A stretch of DNA of 64,000 nucleotides from Candidatus Aminicenantes bacterium (GCA_013178315.1 JABLWX010000001.1:5716-69715); one strand, 5' to 3'; numbered from the stretch's first letter, positions 1-8,987 are shown. Made by a program: numbers and translations. Notes: generated by a model not told the origin, from the letters alone.

Positions 1-324
1 GGACAGGCTGCCCGAGACCGAGTTGTACTTGGTCAGGGTGCTGTCGGCAGCTTCCAGCCAGGAATAGGAGGCGGTGTTGGTCTCCCTCTGGCTAAAATTA
101 AAGGACAGCGTCGGATAATATTTTTCCCTGGCCTTGGACAGGCTGGCGGCGGCCAGCTCCGGGCTGAGTTCCTGGATGGCCACCGACAGGTTGTTTTTCA
201 TGGTCCGGACTATGCATTCTTCCAGGGTCAGCCGCAGGACCTTTTCCTCCTGGGCCTGCAGGCCGACACTCACCAGAAGAATGGCTATCACTGTTAAGCT
301 CAGGCCTTTTAATTTTCTGTTCAT
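1..324 (-). CDS. TolC/OprM-family outer-membrane efflux channel, N-terminal 108 codons only (gene continues past the left window edge)
   Basis: Absent from the ORF track because no stop lies in the window. Hand translation of the minus strand from ATG 324 (GGAGG 5 nt upstream) to nt 1 is open: MNRKLKGLSLTVIAILLVSVGLQAQEEKVLRLTLEECIVRTMKNNLSVAIQELSPELAAASLSKAREKYYPTLSFNFSQ... This is a signal peptide followed by the LTLEE-type start typical of TolC-like outer-membrane factors. It lies 57 nt downstream of the MacB-type permease on the same strand. Confidence 0.7.
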   Translation of the reverse strand, partial: MNRKLKGLSLTVIAILLVSVGLQAQEEKVLRLTLEECIVRTMKNNLSVAIQELSPELAAASLSKAREKYYPTLSFNFSQRETNTASYSWLEAADSTLTKYNSVSGSLS

Positions 325-381
325 TTTAACCTCCAGACTTCTATGTCAACAGTGGTTGAATAATAATATCTTCATTTAATC

Positions 382-1620
382 TTATTCATAACGCAGGGCT
401 TCTATCGGGTCGAGCTTGGAAGCCTTCCTGGCCGGGTAATAGCCGAAGAAAATGCCGACCGAAGCGGCAAAGAAAAAGGCCAGCATGATCGACTCGGGGG
501 TGACCACGGTGGTGATGTTGGAAAAAAGCGAGATGTACTTCATCAGCCGGGAAGCTCCCACCCCGATGATGATGCCGATCACCCCGCCGGTCACGCTGAG
601 CACCACGGCCTCGATCAGGAACTGAAGCAGGATATCGCGCTCGCGGGCTCCGACGGCCAGGCGAACGCCTATCTCCCGGATGCGCTCGGTCACCGAGACC
701 AGCATGATGTTCATGATGCCTATTCCGCCCACGATCAGCGAAATGCCGGCAATCGAGCCCAGCAGGATGGTCATGATCTTGGTGGACTCGGCCGCGCTTT
801 CGGCCACGTCGGCAATGTTCCGCACCTGGAAGTCATCCTCGGCCCCGGGGGCGATGCGGTGTCTTTCCCTCATCAGTTCCTCAATCTGCCTCTGGGCCTC
901 GCTGGTCTTATCGGCCGAGACGGCAGCCACGTCGATCGAGTTAATATAGTCAACCCCGCGCAGCCTGCGCATGACCGTGGTGTAGGGTGCGGCAATCATA
1001 TCATCGCGGTTAAAAAACCCGCCCTGCTCGCCCTTGCTTTCCAGGACACCGATGACCGTAAAAGGGATTTTGTTTATTCGGATGGTCTTGCCGATGGGGT
1101 CTTCATCCTCGAACAGGTTCTGCTTCACCAGGCTGCCAAGGACGCAGACCTTGGCTCCTGAGGCCACCTGGGATTCATCGAAGTAGACTCCCTCAACCAC
1201 TCTCCAGTTCCTGATTTCAGGGAACTTTTCACCCGTGCCCTGGATCTGCGTATTCCAGTTCTTGTTGGCATAGACCACCTGGGCCCTGGTGTTGATGGAA
1301 GGGGAGGTGGCCTTCACCGCGTCACAACGTTCCTCGATGGCCCTGGCATCATCCGGCTTGAGGTTGGTAAATCCGCCAAAGCCCGACTGCACACCCCGGA
1401 TGTTCCTGCTTCCCGGGTAAACGAAGAGCAGGTTGGTGCCCATGGAGGCAAACCTTTCCTCGATGCCCTTCTTGGCTCCCTCCCCGATGCTGACCATGGC
1501 AATGACCGCGGCCACGCCGATGATGATGCCCAGGATGGTCAGGAAGGAGCGCATTTTATTACGGGCCAGGGCCCTCATCGAAACTCTCAATATTCTTAAA
1601 ATCTTCATTTCATCCTCCAC
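382..1620 (-). CDS. ABC transporter permease, MacB/FtsX type (separate from its ATPase)
   Basis: 412-aa ORF with an N-terminal TM helix, a large periplasmic domain and a C-terminal FtsX-like TM bundle (LAVGARERDILLQFLIEAVVLS...). This is the MacB/LolCE/YknZ architecture. It overlaps the upstream ATPase gene by 11 nt. Confidence 0.9.
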   Translation of the reverse strand: MEDEMKILRILRVSMRALARNKMRSFLTILGIIIGVAAVIAMVSIGEGAKKGIEERFASMGTNLLFVYPGSRNIRGVQSGFGGFTNLKPDDARAIEERCDAVKATSPSINTRAQVVYANKNWNTQIQGTGEKFPEIRNWRVVEGVYFDESQVASGAKVCVLGSLVKQNLFEDEDPIGKTIRINKIPFTVIGVLESKGEQGGFFNRDDMIAAPYTTVMRRLRGVDYINSIDVAAVSADKTSEAQRQIEELMRERHRIAPGAEDDFQVRNIADVAESAAESTKIMTILLGSIAGISLIVGGIGIMNIMLVSVTERIREIGVRLAVGARERDILLQFLIEAVVLSVTGGVIGIIIGVGASRLMKYISLFSNITTVVTPESIMLAFFFAASVGIFFGYYPARKASKLDPIEALRYE

Positions 1621-2335
1621 TGGCCGGAGCCCGGTCGCAGGCCCCCTCGGAAACTTCCTCGCCCACGATCTGGCCGTCTTTCAGGTACAGGCGCCGCCTG
1701 GCGTAGGAAGCGATGACCGGGTCATGGGTCACCATGATCAGGGTTATGTTCCTTTCCTGGTTCAGCCGGCAGAAGATATCCATGATTTCGGCCCCGGTCT
1801 TGGAATCCAGGTTGCCGGTGGGTTCATCGGCCAGAATCAGAGTGGGGTCATTGACCAGGGCCCGGGCGATGGCCACCCGCTGCATCTGTCCACCGGAGAG
1901 CTGGTTGGTCCGGTGATGCTCCCAGCCCTTGAGTCCAACCGCGGCCAGGGCCGTCATGGCCCTGTCCCTGGCTTCCTTGCTGCTGACATGAGAATAGACC
2001 ATCGGCAGCTCCACGTTCTCCAGGGCGCTGGTCCGGCTGAGAAGGTTGAAGTTCTGGAAAACGAAACCTATCTTCCGGTTGCGGATGGCGGCCATCTCAT
2101 CGCGGCTCAGCTTGGAAACGTCCACCCCCTCCAGGAAATACTGCCCGGAAGTCGGGCGGTCGAGCAAACCCAGGATGCTCATCAGGGTTGATTTCCCCGA
2201 ACCGGAGGGTCCCATGATGGCCAGGAACTCAGAATAATTGACGCCGTAGGTGATGCCACGCAGGGCCTGAACCTGGGTTTCGCCGATCTGGTATATCCTG
2301 ACGATGTTTTCGAGTCTGATAATCTTATCGCTCAT
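1610..2335 (-). CDS. ABC transporter ATP-binding protein, MacB/LolD type
   Basis: Walker A GPSGSGKST, ABC signature LSGGQMQRVAIARAL, Walker B LILADEPTGNLD, H-loop VTHD. Confidence 0.93.
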   Translation of the reverse strand: MSDKIIRLENIVRIYQIGETQVQALRGITYGVNYSEFLAIMGPSGSGKSTLMSILGLLDRPTSGQYFLEGVDVSKLSRDEMAAIRNRKIGFVFQNFNLLSRTSALENVELPMVYSHVSSKEARDRAMTALAAVGLKGWEHHRTNQLSGGQMQRVAIARALVNDPTLILADEPTGNLDSKTGAEIMDIFCRLNQERNITLIMVTHDPVIASYARRRLYLKDGQIVGEEVSEGACDRAPASGG

Positions 2336-2352
2336 CTCAAGACCTGTCTTTA

Positions 2353-3717
2353 TTACCTTCGCGGCATCATGAAGAAAGCGCCGCCGGGAGGTCCCTGCTG
2401 GGTAGTCCGGCTGCTGCCACTGGAAGCGGTCACCAGGCCGACAATAACTTCATCTCCCTCTTTCAGGTTATCGCTCTTTATTTCGGTGAAGGAATTATCG
2501 CTGACGCCGGTCCGCACGAAAACCACCTTGAGGTTGCCCTTCTCATCAAGCATCCAGACCCGGGAAGGCTGGCGGCGCGGGCCACTCTGTCCGGCCTGCC
2601 CTCCGCCCATTCCAGCCCTCTGGCCCATCTGGCTGGGGTCGAACATTCTCTGCCCGGCCTGGCCGGCTCCCGGCCCGGCTTCCCCGCCGGCCTGCTGGCG
2701 CCTGGCGGCCATTTCCTCAAAGGCCGCTCTCATTATCTTCTGAAGTTCTTCGGCCGAAAGCTCGGGCGTAAACCTGAGGGCGGCGTTGGGAACGCGCAGG
2801 ACGTTTCTGGCCTCGCCGACGATGATGGAACAGGTGGCGGTCATGCCCGGCAGGAGCTTCAGGCTGGAGTTATCGACATCGATGATGGCCGAGTAGCTGA
2901 CCACGTTCTGCACCGTCTGCGCTGAATAACGGACCTGGCGCACGACTCCGTTAAAGGTCTCGTTCTGGTAGGACTCAACGGTGAACTTAACTTTCTGACC
3001 CTCTTTCACCTTGCCCACGTCGGCTTCATCCACCAGGCACTCCACTTCCATCTTGGTCAGGTCGTTGGCAATTTCAAAGAGCTTGGGAGCCTGGAAGCTG
3101 GCGGCCACCGTCTGCCCGACGTTGATGTTCCTGGAGATAACCACGCCGTCAATGGGCGACCGGATGATGGCATAACTCAGGTCTACCTTGGAAGCTTCCA
3201 GCTGGCTCTTGGCCTGCTCGGTGCGAGCTTCCTGGGAAATCAGGTCTGACTTGGCCTGAAGGTAATTGGCTTCGGCCTGCTCTTTTTCTTCGTAAGAAAT
3301 AAGGTTCTTCTCGAAAAGGCTCAGGGCTCTCTCATATTTTTTCTGGGCGATCTCGACAGCGACCTTGGCCCTCTCCAGGGCAGCCTGGGCACTCTGGTAG
3401 TTGGCTTCGTTCTGCTCAATCTTGGCCTTTAACTGGGACTGGTCCAGCTCGGCCAGGATATCGCCCTTTTTTACCCTGGAATTAAAATCAACATAAATCT
3501 TTTCTATCTTGCCGGAAACCTGGCTGCCGACTTCCACCAGCACCACCGGGTTCAGGGTGCCGGTGGCCGTGACCACGGCTTCGATATCGCCGCGGGTGAC
3601 CTTGTCCGTCCGGTACTTGGGTTTATTGTTGGAACCCTTCTTGAGCAGGGTAAAACCCAGGACCAGGCCGACTATGACCACTACGGCCAGGATGATGATT
3701 ACGGTCTTCTTCTTCAT
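2353..3717 (-). CDS. HlyD/MacA-family periplasmic adaptor (membrane fusion protein)
   Basis: 454 aa with an N-terminal TM anchor, a lipoyl-like segment (GDILAELD), a long coiled-coil hairpin (QLKAKIEQNEANYQSAQAALERAKVAVE...) and a beta-barrel part. It carries a G/Q/A-rich low-complexity insert near the C-terminus. Confidence 0.9.
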   Translation of the reverse strand: MKKKTVIIILAVVVIVGLVLGFTLLKKGSNNKPKYRTDKVTRGDIEAVVTATGTLNPVVLVEVGSQVSGKIEKIYVDFNSRVKKGDILAELDQSQLKAKIEQNEANYQSAQAALERAKVAVEIAQKKYERALSLFEKNLISYEEKEQAEANYLQAKSDLISQEARTEQAKSQLEASKVDLSYAIIRSPIDGVVISRNINVGQTVAASFQAPKLFEIANDLTKMEVECLVDEADVGKVKEGQKVKFTVESYQNETFNGVVRQVRYSAQTVQNVVSYSAIIDVDNSSLKLLPGMTATCSIIVGEARNVLRVPNAALRFTPELSAEELQKIMRAAFEEMAARRQQAGGEAGPGAGQAGQRMFDPSQMGQRAGMGGGQAGQSGPRRQPSRVWMLDEKGNLKVVFVRTGVSDNSFTEIKSDNLKEGDEVIVGLVTASSGSSRTTQQGPPGGAFFMMPRR

Positions 3718-3719
3718 CG

Positions 3720-4157
3720 CTATTCTCCTTTTTTCTCCTTTTCTGGCGGAGTTGGTGATGTATCATTACGCCGCTCGGGAACTTCCCTTCTGCGCTGGCG
3801 CATGTATCTGTCCATCAATTCCTGCATTTTCTTTTCTTGCTCCGGGGTGAACACTTCGTCCATCTCGGTCTTGAGCTGTTCGCGCAGCTCGGTCAGGCGA
3901 GTGTGGACTTCCTTCCTGAAGGCCTGAAACCTTTCTTCGCTGCGCTTGAAAACTTCCCTGATTTTCGCTTCCTGTTCGGGGGTGAGCTGCAGCTCCTTGG
4001 AAATCACTTCCAGGGTGGGGAAGGGTTCCTGCCTCTGCCGGGGCGCCGGCTTCTTCTTGTCCAGAAACCACCTGTCTCCAAAAACACCCACGGCCACACC
4101 GATAATGAAAACGGCTATCAGGGATAGGGTTACCCAGAGTTTATACTTATTGTTCAT
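3720..4157 (-). CDS. membrane-anchored periplasmic LTXXQ (CpxP/Spy-like) protein
   Basis: 145 aa with an N-terminal TM helix. Two LTXXQ-type motifs (LQLTPEQEAKI and VFTPEQEKKM) sit in a helical, charged body. 4-nt overlap with the anti-sigma gene. Confidence 0.6.
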   Translation of the reverse strand: MNNKYKLWVTLSLIAVFIIGVAVGVFGDRWFLDKKKPAPRQRQEPFPTLEVISKELQLTPEQEAKIREVFKRSEERFQAFRKEVHTRLTELREQLKTEMDEVFTPEQEKKMQELMDRYMRQRRREVPERRNDTSPTPPEKEKKGE

Positions 4158-4651
4158 TGCTTACCTCTTCTGACTGCTTCCTGGCTGTCCAGTCCGGCAA
4201 ACAGCAACTGCAGCTGCCGGTCCTCCGGCTTCTGGGCATCAAATATTGCCCTGGTCTCGGCGAGCGGGCTCTGCCCCTGGAAAAGAAGCATCTCCGACTG
4301 GCTAAGCTGCACTTCTGCCGGCTGGGCCAGGAACAGAACGCCAACCAGGATCATCGCCACCACCAGGAACACCGGCACGGCCGCGGCATACCATCTTTCC
4401 ACCACGGCCCAGAGCGAGGGTTTGCTTTCGGTTTTTAGCCTGGCCCTCAGCCTTTGCTCAAAAAAGGGTAGAGGCTCTGCTTCCGAAAGTCGCAGGTCCG
4501 CCATGAGGGACTGCAGCTGGCGGTAATCAGCCAGCAACCGAGCACAGGAAGGGCAGACCTTGAGGTGCTCTTCCAGCCTGGTGGCGGTTCCGGCTTCCAG
4601 CCGGCCGTCCACCAGCCGGGAAATCAATTTCTCGGCCTGACGACAATTCAT
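4154..4651 (-). CDS. anti-sigma factor with zinc-binding ZAS (zf-HC2) N-terminal domain and one TM helix
   Basis: C3-X25-H29-X3-C33-X2-C36 (EEHLKVCPSCA) matches the ZAS H-X3-C-X2-C pattern. One TM helix (AAAVPVFLVVAMILVGVLFLA). 4-nt overlap with the ECF sigma gene. Confidence 0.78.
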   Translation of the reverse strand: MNCRQAEKLISRLVDGRLEAGTATRLEEHLKVCPSCARLLADYRQLQSLMADLRLSEAEPLPFFEQRLRARLKTESKPSLWAVVERWYAAAVPVFLVVAMILVGVLFLAQPAEVQLSQSEMLLFQGQSPLAETRAIFDAQKPEDRQLQLLFAGLDSQEAVRRGKQ

Positions 4652-5220
4652 GGTTGTCCTCCTCCCTGGCTCAAAAATGGAGCCAATTTTTTTCTTAAGA
4701 GCCTTCTTGCCCGGTGCAGCCGGGAATCAACCGTCCCCGGCGATAGCTTCAATATCTTCCCTATTTCCTCATAACTTAAGCCCTGTATATCCCTTAAGGA
4801 AAGTATTAGACGATATTTCTCCGGCATTTCTTCCAGTTTCTGGCGCAGGAGCCGTCTGCGCCTTTCGGCCTCCTGCTGTTCGGCCATCTGCAGGGAGGCG
4901 TCCTTCTCGGGCAACCCGGGTTCCGGGATGTCATCCAGCCTCAGGTCGTTTTTTTCCTTCTTATGCTTCCTGAGATAATCACGGATGTGATTGATGGCAA
5001 TCTGGTAAAGCCAGGTGCCAAACTCCGATTCGAACCTGAACCTGGACAGCGACAGATAGGCCTTCAGGAATATTTCCTGGGCCAGGTCGTCGGCGGTCTC
5101 GCGGTTATGCACCACGTTGACGGCCAGCCCGAAGACCCTGTTCTGGTAGGCTTTTACCAGCATGGCAAAAGCCTCCTCGTCTCCCTGCTGCGCCAGTCTG
5201 ACGGCCTGGTTTTCGTCCAT
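4648..5220 (-). CDS. ECF (sigma-70 group 4) RNA polymerase sigma factor
   Basis: 190 aa with region 2 (DLAQEIFLKAYLSLSRFR...FGTWLYQIAINHIRDYLR) and a region 4 HTH (LSYEEIGKILKLSPGTVDSRLHRARRLL). Confidence 0.93.
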   Translation of the reverse strand: MDENQAVRLAQQGDEEAFAMLVKAYQNRVFGLAVNVVHNRETADDLAQEIFLKAYLSLSRFRFESEFGTWLYQIAINHIRDYLRKHKKEKNDLRLDDIPEPGLPEKDASLQMAEQQEAERRRRLLRQKLEEMPEKYRLILSLRDIQGLSYEEIGKILKLSPGTVDSRLHRARRLLRKKLAPFLSQGGGQP

Positions 5221-5249
5221 AAACTACTCACTTCTTGAGCCTCAATCTA

Positions 5250-5277
5250 TTAGACGAGGCCCGGGTTTAATTCTTCC
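5250..5277 (-). promoter_or_regulatory. candidate ECF-type (autoregulatory) promoter: GGAAG-N16-CGTCTAA
   Basis: The minus strand reads GGAAGaattaaacccgggcctCGTCTAA, ending 29 nt upstream of the sigma gene ATG (5220). It resembles the GGAAC-N16/17-CGTC/TCTAA pattern of ECF promoters. Confidence 0.45.
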
Positions 5278-5491
5278 TGTGCGGGGTTATCATTTTACCT
5301 AACTATCGTAAAAGTAGAAAGTTGCCGCTGGTATGGCCCGGCATGGGGTCCGACCCAGAGTTTTAATTCTGTGCCGGGACAGGACCCGTGGCTGCCTGGG
5401 GTTATGAGGTTGATCCCGACCGGGCTGACGGATACATTTTATATTTTTGCCACTCGAAACGCCATAACCTGGAACGGACAGCTGAGGATTA

Positions 5492-5520
5492 TTGATTAAA
5501 ACGAGAGTGTCCCATATAAT
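5492..5520 (+). promoter_or_regulatory. sigma-70-type promoter TTGATT-N17-TATAAT directly abutting apgM
   Basis: TTGATT 5492-5497, a 17-nt spacer, then a perfect TATAAT at 5515-5520. Only 6 nt (aaaggc) separate it from ATG 5527 and there is no Shine-Dalgarno sequence. Confidence 0.5.
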
Positions 5521-5526
5521 AAAGGC

Positions 5527-6732
5527 ATGAACTGGGAAGATTTAGCCAGAGAATTAGCTCAACCGACGGACTCCAAAATAATCTTACTGGTGATGGATGG
5601 CCTGGGCGGCCTTCCGGTCAACGGCCAGACTGAGCTTGAGGCAGCTCACAAGCCGAACCTGGACGAAACCGCCAGGCGGGGGGTCTGTGGCCTGACCGAC
5701 CCGGTCCTTATGGGCATCACCCCGGGTTCGGGCCCGGCCCACCTGGCCCTCTTCGGCTACGACCCGCTCCGCTATCAACTTGGTCGCGGGATACTGGAAG
5801 CCATGGGCAGCGGGGTGGAAGTCGGCCGGGAAGACGTGGTGGCCCGGGGCAACTTTGCCACCCTCCGGGAGGGCCTGGTGATCGACCGGCGGGCCGGGCG
5901 CATTGCCACCGAAGAAAACCAGATGCTCTGCGAGCTGATAAACAAGAAGGTTTCGGAGATAAACGGAATCCGGGTCAGCCTTTTCCCCGGAAAGGAGCAC
6001 CGGTTTGTTCTCAGGCTCTCCGGGCCCGGTTTATCAGACGCCCTGACCGATGCCGACCCCCAGAAAGAAGGCAAGCCGGCTGTCCCGGCCAGAGCCCTGG
6101 CCCCGGAGGCCGAATTCACCGCCGGCATCATCAACAGTTTCCTGGAAGAACTGAAGAAAGTCCTGGCGGCCGAACCCAAAGCTAACTATGCACTCCTCCG
6201 TGGCTTTTCCAAGTTTCCCTCCAACCTGCCTTCTATGGCCGAGCTCTACCAGATCAAGCCGGCCGCCATCGCCAACTACCCGATGTACCGGGGCCTGACC
6301 AGGTTACTCGGGATGGAAGTGCTGGGGGTCGGGCCGAGCACCGAGGACATCTTCAACGTCCTGGAAAAAAATTACGACCGTTATAACTTTTTTTACCTCC
6401 ACTTCAAGAAAACTGATTCGGCCGGCGAAGACGGGCGCTACGAGGACAAGGTCAAGGCCATCGAAGACATTGACCGGTTTATCCCGCGCCTCTGGCAACT
6501 CCGACCCGAGGTCCTGGTCGTCACCTCCGACCATTCGACGCCCTCGGTACTGAAATCACATTCCTGGCACCCCAATCCTTTCGTCCTGGTTTCGGACCGG
6601 GCTCCGGCTGATGAGGTCAGCCGGTTTACAGAAAGAGACTGCGCCCGGGGCAGTCTCGGCCGTTTCCCCTCGCTCCAGGCCATGCCGCTGATGCTGGCCT
6701 GCGCCCTCAAGCTCAAGAAGTACGGAGCCTGA
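5527..6732 (+). CDS. apgM: cofactor-independent (archaeal/ApgM-type) phosphoglycerate mutase, alkaline-phosphatase superfamily
   Basis: 401 aa with an N-terminal ILLVMDGLGGLP metal-binding start and C-terminal VVTSDHSTP and SHSWHP motifs, typical of the ApgM family. Confidence 0.78.
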   Translation: MNWEDLARELAQPTDSKIILLVMDGLGGLPVNGQTELEAAHKPNLDETARRGVCGLTDPVLMGITPGSGPAHLALFGYDPLRYQLGRGILEAMGSGVEVGREDVVARGNFATLREGLVIDRRAGRIATEENQMLCELINKKVSEINGIRVSLFPGKEHRFVLRLSGPGLSDALTDADPQKEGKPAVPARALAPEAEFTAGIINSFLEELKKVLAAEPKANYALLRGFSKFPSNLPSMAELYQIKPAAIANYPMYRGLTRLLGMEVLGVGPSTEDIFNVLEKNYDRYNFFYLHFKKTDSAGEDGRYEDKVKAIEDIDRFIPRLWQLRPEVLVVTSDHSTPSVLKSHSWHPNPFVLVSDRAPADEVSRFTERDCARGSLGRFPSLQAMPLMLACALKLKKYGA

Positions 6733-6745
6733 TTTTTCGCCGCGG

Positions 6746-6774
6746 TTGATTTAAAACCGGCTTGCTGGTATTTA
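6746..6774 (+). promoter_or_regulatory. candidate promoter TTGATT-N17-TATTTA with TGG extended -10
   Basis: TTGATT 6746-6751. ctGGTATTTA at 6765-6774 shares the CTGGTA form seen at three other intergenic sites. It lies 26 nt upstream of the amidase ATG. Confidence 0.35.
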
Positions 6775-6799
6775 CTGTATAGAAGATAAAAATATATTG

Positions 6800-8098
6800 A
6801 TGCCCAAGAAACTGCAGCCGGTCTGGTGCCTGTTCTTCCTGCTAGTTCTTCTCTCCACCTCCACCGGCCAGCAGACCGACCCCAGGGCCGGGGTTTCCAG
6901 CCTGCGCTATCACCAGCATCCGGACTTTTTCCGCGTTGTCCTGGAAATAGAAAAAATCCGCGAGTTCTACTCGGCCGAGCTGAAAGACCCGGAACGGCTA
7001 TACCTGGATATTTTCCAGGCCCGTCTCCAGCCCGGGCTGCACGGCACTTCTTACGTCATCAATTCAGCCGGCGTTAAGACCCTCCGGCTGGCTCAAAAGA
7101 ACCCTTCCACCGTCCGGCTGACCGTGGAGCTGGTGCCGGGGGCCAAGCAATATGAAAAAATTTATTACCTCAAGGACCCACCCCGCCTGGTGCTGGATAT
7201 TTACCTGCGGGGTAATGCCACAACAGTTTCAACTCCTCCTTCCACGGCTAAGTCTGAACGTCCAGCCGGCCAGGGTTCGGGGGCACAGGCCGCTCCGCCC
7301 AAACCCCGTGCAGAGGGCTCTCGCCCAGCAAGCGAAGCGGCTGGGGGCGCCGAGAGCAGCTCACCCAGGCCTCCTTCGCCGGCCGGAAGCGGATACTCCC
7401 TGGTCAGGCAGCTTGGCCTGGGAGTAAAGCGCATCGTGCTGGACCCGGGCCATGGCGGCAGCGACCCGGGCTGTATGAGTCCTTCCGGACTTAAAGAAAA
7501 AGATGTGGCCCTGGACCTGGCCAGGCGGCTTAAGAGCATGCTGGAAACCCAGGGTAAGTTTGAGGTCTTCCTGACCCGGGACAGCGACCTTTCCCTGCCA
7601 CTTGAAAAACGCACCTCGATCGCCAACCAGAAAGGGGCCGACCTGTTCATCTCCATACACCTGAATGCCAGCCCCAGGAAAAACCGAACCGGTGTCGAAA
7701 CCTTCTACCTGAACTTCAGCCCCGACCCGGCGGTTAACGAACTGGCCGCCAGGGAAAACGCTTCCTCCACCAAGAATATCCGGGAAATGAAACTGATCGT
7801 GGACAAGATAATCAAGAATTCCAAATACGAAGAGTCCCGCGACCTGGCCGAAAAAATTCACCGCAACCTGCTGGAACACCTCAAGCACAACTTTGGCCCG
7901 CGGGATGACCTGGGAGTCAAGGGCGGTCCTTTCTGGGTGTTGATCGGCAGCGAAATGCCGGCCGTCCTGGTGGAGGCCTCCCATCTTTCCAATGCCAAGG
8001 AAGAGACTGCCCTGAAGACAGAAACCTACCGGGAAGCTGTAGCCACCGGGCTGTTTCGTGGTATCATGGAATACGTTAAATCTCTAGGAAAAGGTTAA
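6800..8098 (+). CDS. N-acetylmuramoyl-L-alanine amidase with N-terminal AMIN domain (AmiC-like)
   Basis: Signal peptide, then an AMIN-like domain (FRVVLEIEK...LYLDIFQARL...VRLTVEL), a P/A/S-rich linker and an Amidase_3 domain (IVLDPGHGGSDPG...FISIHLNA...ETFYL). The track start 6797 is TTG; ATG is at 6800. Confidence 0.88.
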   Translation: MPKKLQPVWCLFFLLVLLSTSTGQQTDPRAGVSSLRYHQHPDFFRVVLEIEKIREFYSAELKDPERLYLDIFQARLQPGLHGTSYVINSAGVKTLRLAQKNPSTVRLTVELVPGAKQYEKIYYLKDPPRLVLDIYLRGNATTVSTPPSTAKSERPAGQGSGAQAAPPKPRAEGSRPASEAAGGAESSSPRPPSPAGSGYSLVRQLGLGVKRIVLDPGHGGSDPGCMSPSGLKEKDVALDLARRLKSMLETQGKFEVFLTRDSDLSLPLEKRTSIANQKGADLFISIHLNASPRKNRTGVETFYLNFSPDPAVNELAARENASSTKNIREMKLIVDKIIKNSKYEESRDLAEKIHRNLLEHLKHNFGPRDDLGVKGGPFWVLIGSEMPAVLVEASHLSNAKEETALKTETYREAVATGLFRGIMEYVKSLGKG

Positions 8099-8102
8099 AA
8101 AA

Positions 8103-8987
8103 ATGGAAAGACGAGACTTTCTCAAGAACCTGGTTGTCGGCGGCCTGGCCCTGAAATTTGCGCCCGGGGTTCTGGCGCAGTCAGCCGGTCCAGAGCTAGC
8201 CGTGGTCGAGGGAGAATCTCCGGCCGCCATCACCCGGGAAGCCATCAAGGTCCTGGGTGGCATGTCCAGGTTCATCAGCCGGGGCGATAAGGTTCTGATC
8301 AAGCCCAACATCGGCTGGGACCGGACCCCGGAAATGGCCGCCTGCACCAACCCGGAAGTGGTGGCTGCCCTGGTGGCCATGTCCCTGGAAGCCGGAGCCA
8401 AGGAAGTGGTGGTGATGGACCACACCATCAACCAGCCCAAGCGCTGCTATGCCCGTTCGGGGATTCAGGACGCGGCCAGGGCGGCCGGGGCCAAGGTCCT
8501 GTTCACCGATGAACAGCGTCTCAAAAAAATGACCCTGAAAGGTGAGTGGCTGAAGGAATGGGAGGTCTTCCAGGACTTTGTCGAAGCCGATAAACTCATC
8601 AACGTGCCCATCGCCAAGGTCCACAGCCTGTCCCGGGTGACACTCGGCCTAAAGAACTGGCTGGGAGCAGTTGGCGGAAATAGAAACCAGCTTCATCAGA
8701 AAATCGACCAGGCCGTGGTCGACCTGGGCGCCTTCTTCAAGCCGACCCTGACAGTTCTCGATGCCTACCGGGTTCTGTTCCGCAACGGGCCGCAGGGCGG
8801 CCGGGTGTCCGACACCAGGCTGCAGAAAACGGTGGTGGCCGGAGTGGACCCGGTGGCCGTGGATGCCTACGGCGCGACTTTTTTTGAGCTCAAGCCCCAG
8901 GAACTGGCTTTCCTGAAACTGGCCCAGAGCCGGGGACTGGGTAAATTTGAACTGGAGAAAGTCAGAATTGAAAAGAGAGCGGTCTAA
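8103..8987 (+). CDS. Tat-signal DUF362 domain protein (periplasmic, function unknown)
   Basis: Opens with MERRDFLKNLVVGGLALKFAPGVLAQS, a consensus twin-arginine motif (RRxFLK). The DUF362-like body includes GDKVLIKPNIGWDR and LDAYRV. Only two Cys residues. Starts 4 nt after the amidase stop. Confidence 0.8.
   Translation: MERRDFLKNLVVGGLALKFAPGVLAQSAGPELAVVEGESPAAITREAIKVLGGMSRFISRGDKVLIKPNIGWDRTPEMAACTNPEVVAALVAMSLEAGAKEVVVMDHTINQPKRCYARSGIQDAARAAGAKVLFTDEQRLKKMTLKGEWLKEWEVFQDFVEADKLINVPIAKVHSLSRVTLGLKNWLGAVGGNRNQLHQKIDQAVVDLGAFFKPTLTVLDAYRVLFRNGPQGGRVSDTRLQKTVVAGVDPVAVDAYGATFFELKPQELAFLKLAQSRGLGKFELEKVRIEKRAV

Noticed and set aside
134-379. 81-aa plus-strand ORF at the left end
   Set aside because: It overlaps the minus-strand TolC-like N-terminus, which has an SD, a signal peptide and operon context. 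The plus-strand ORF has no SD and no family resemblance.
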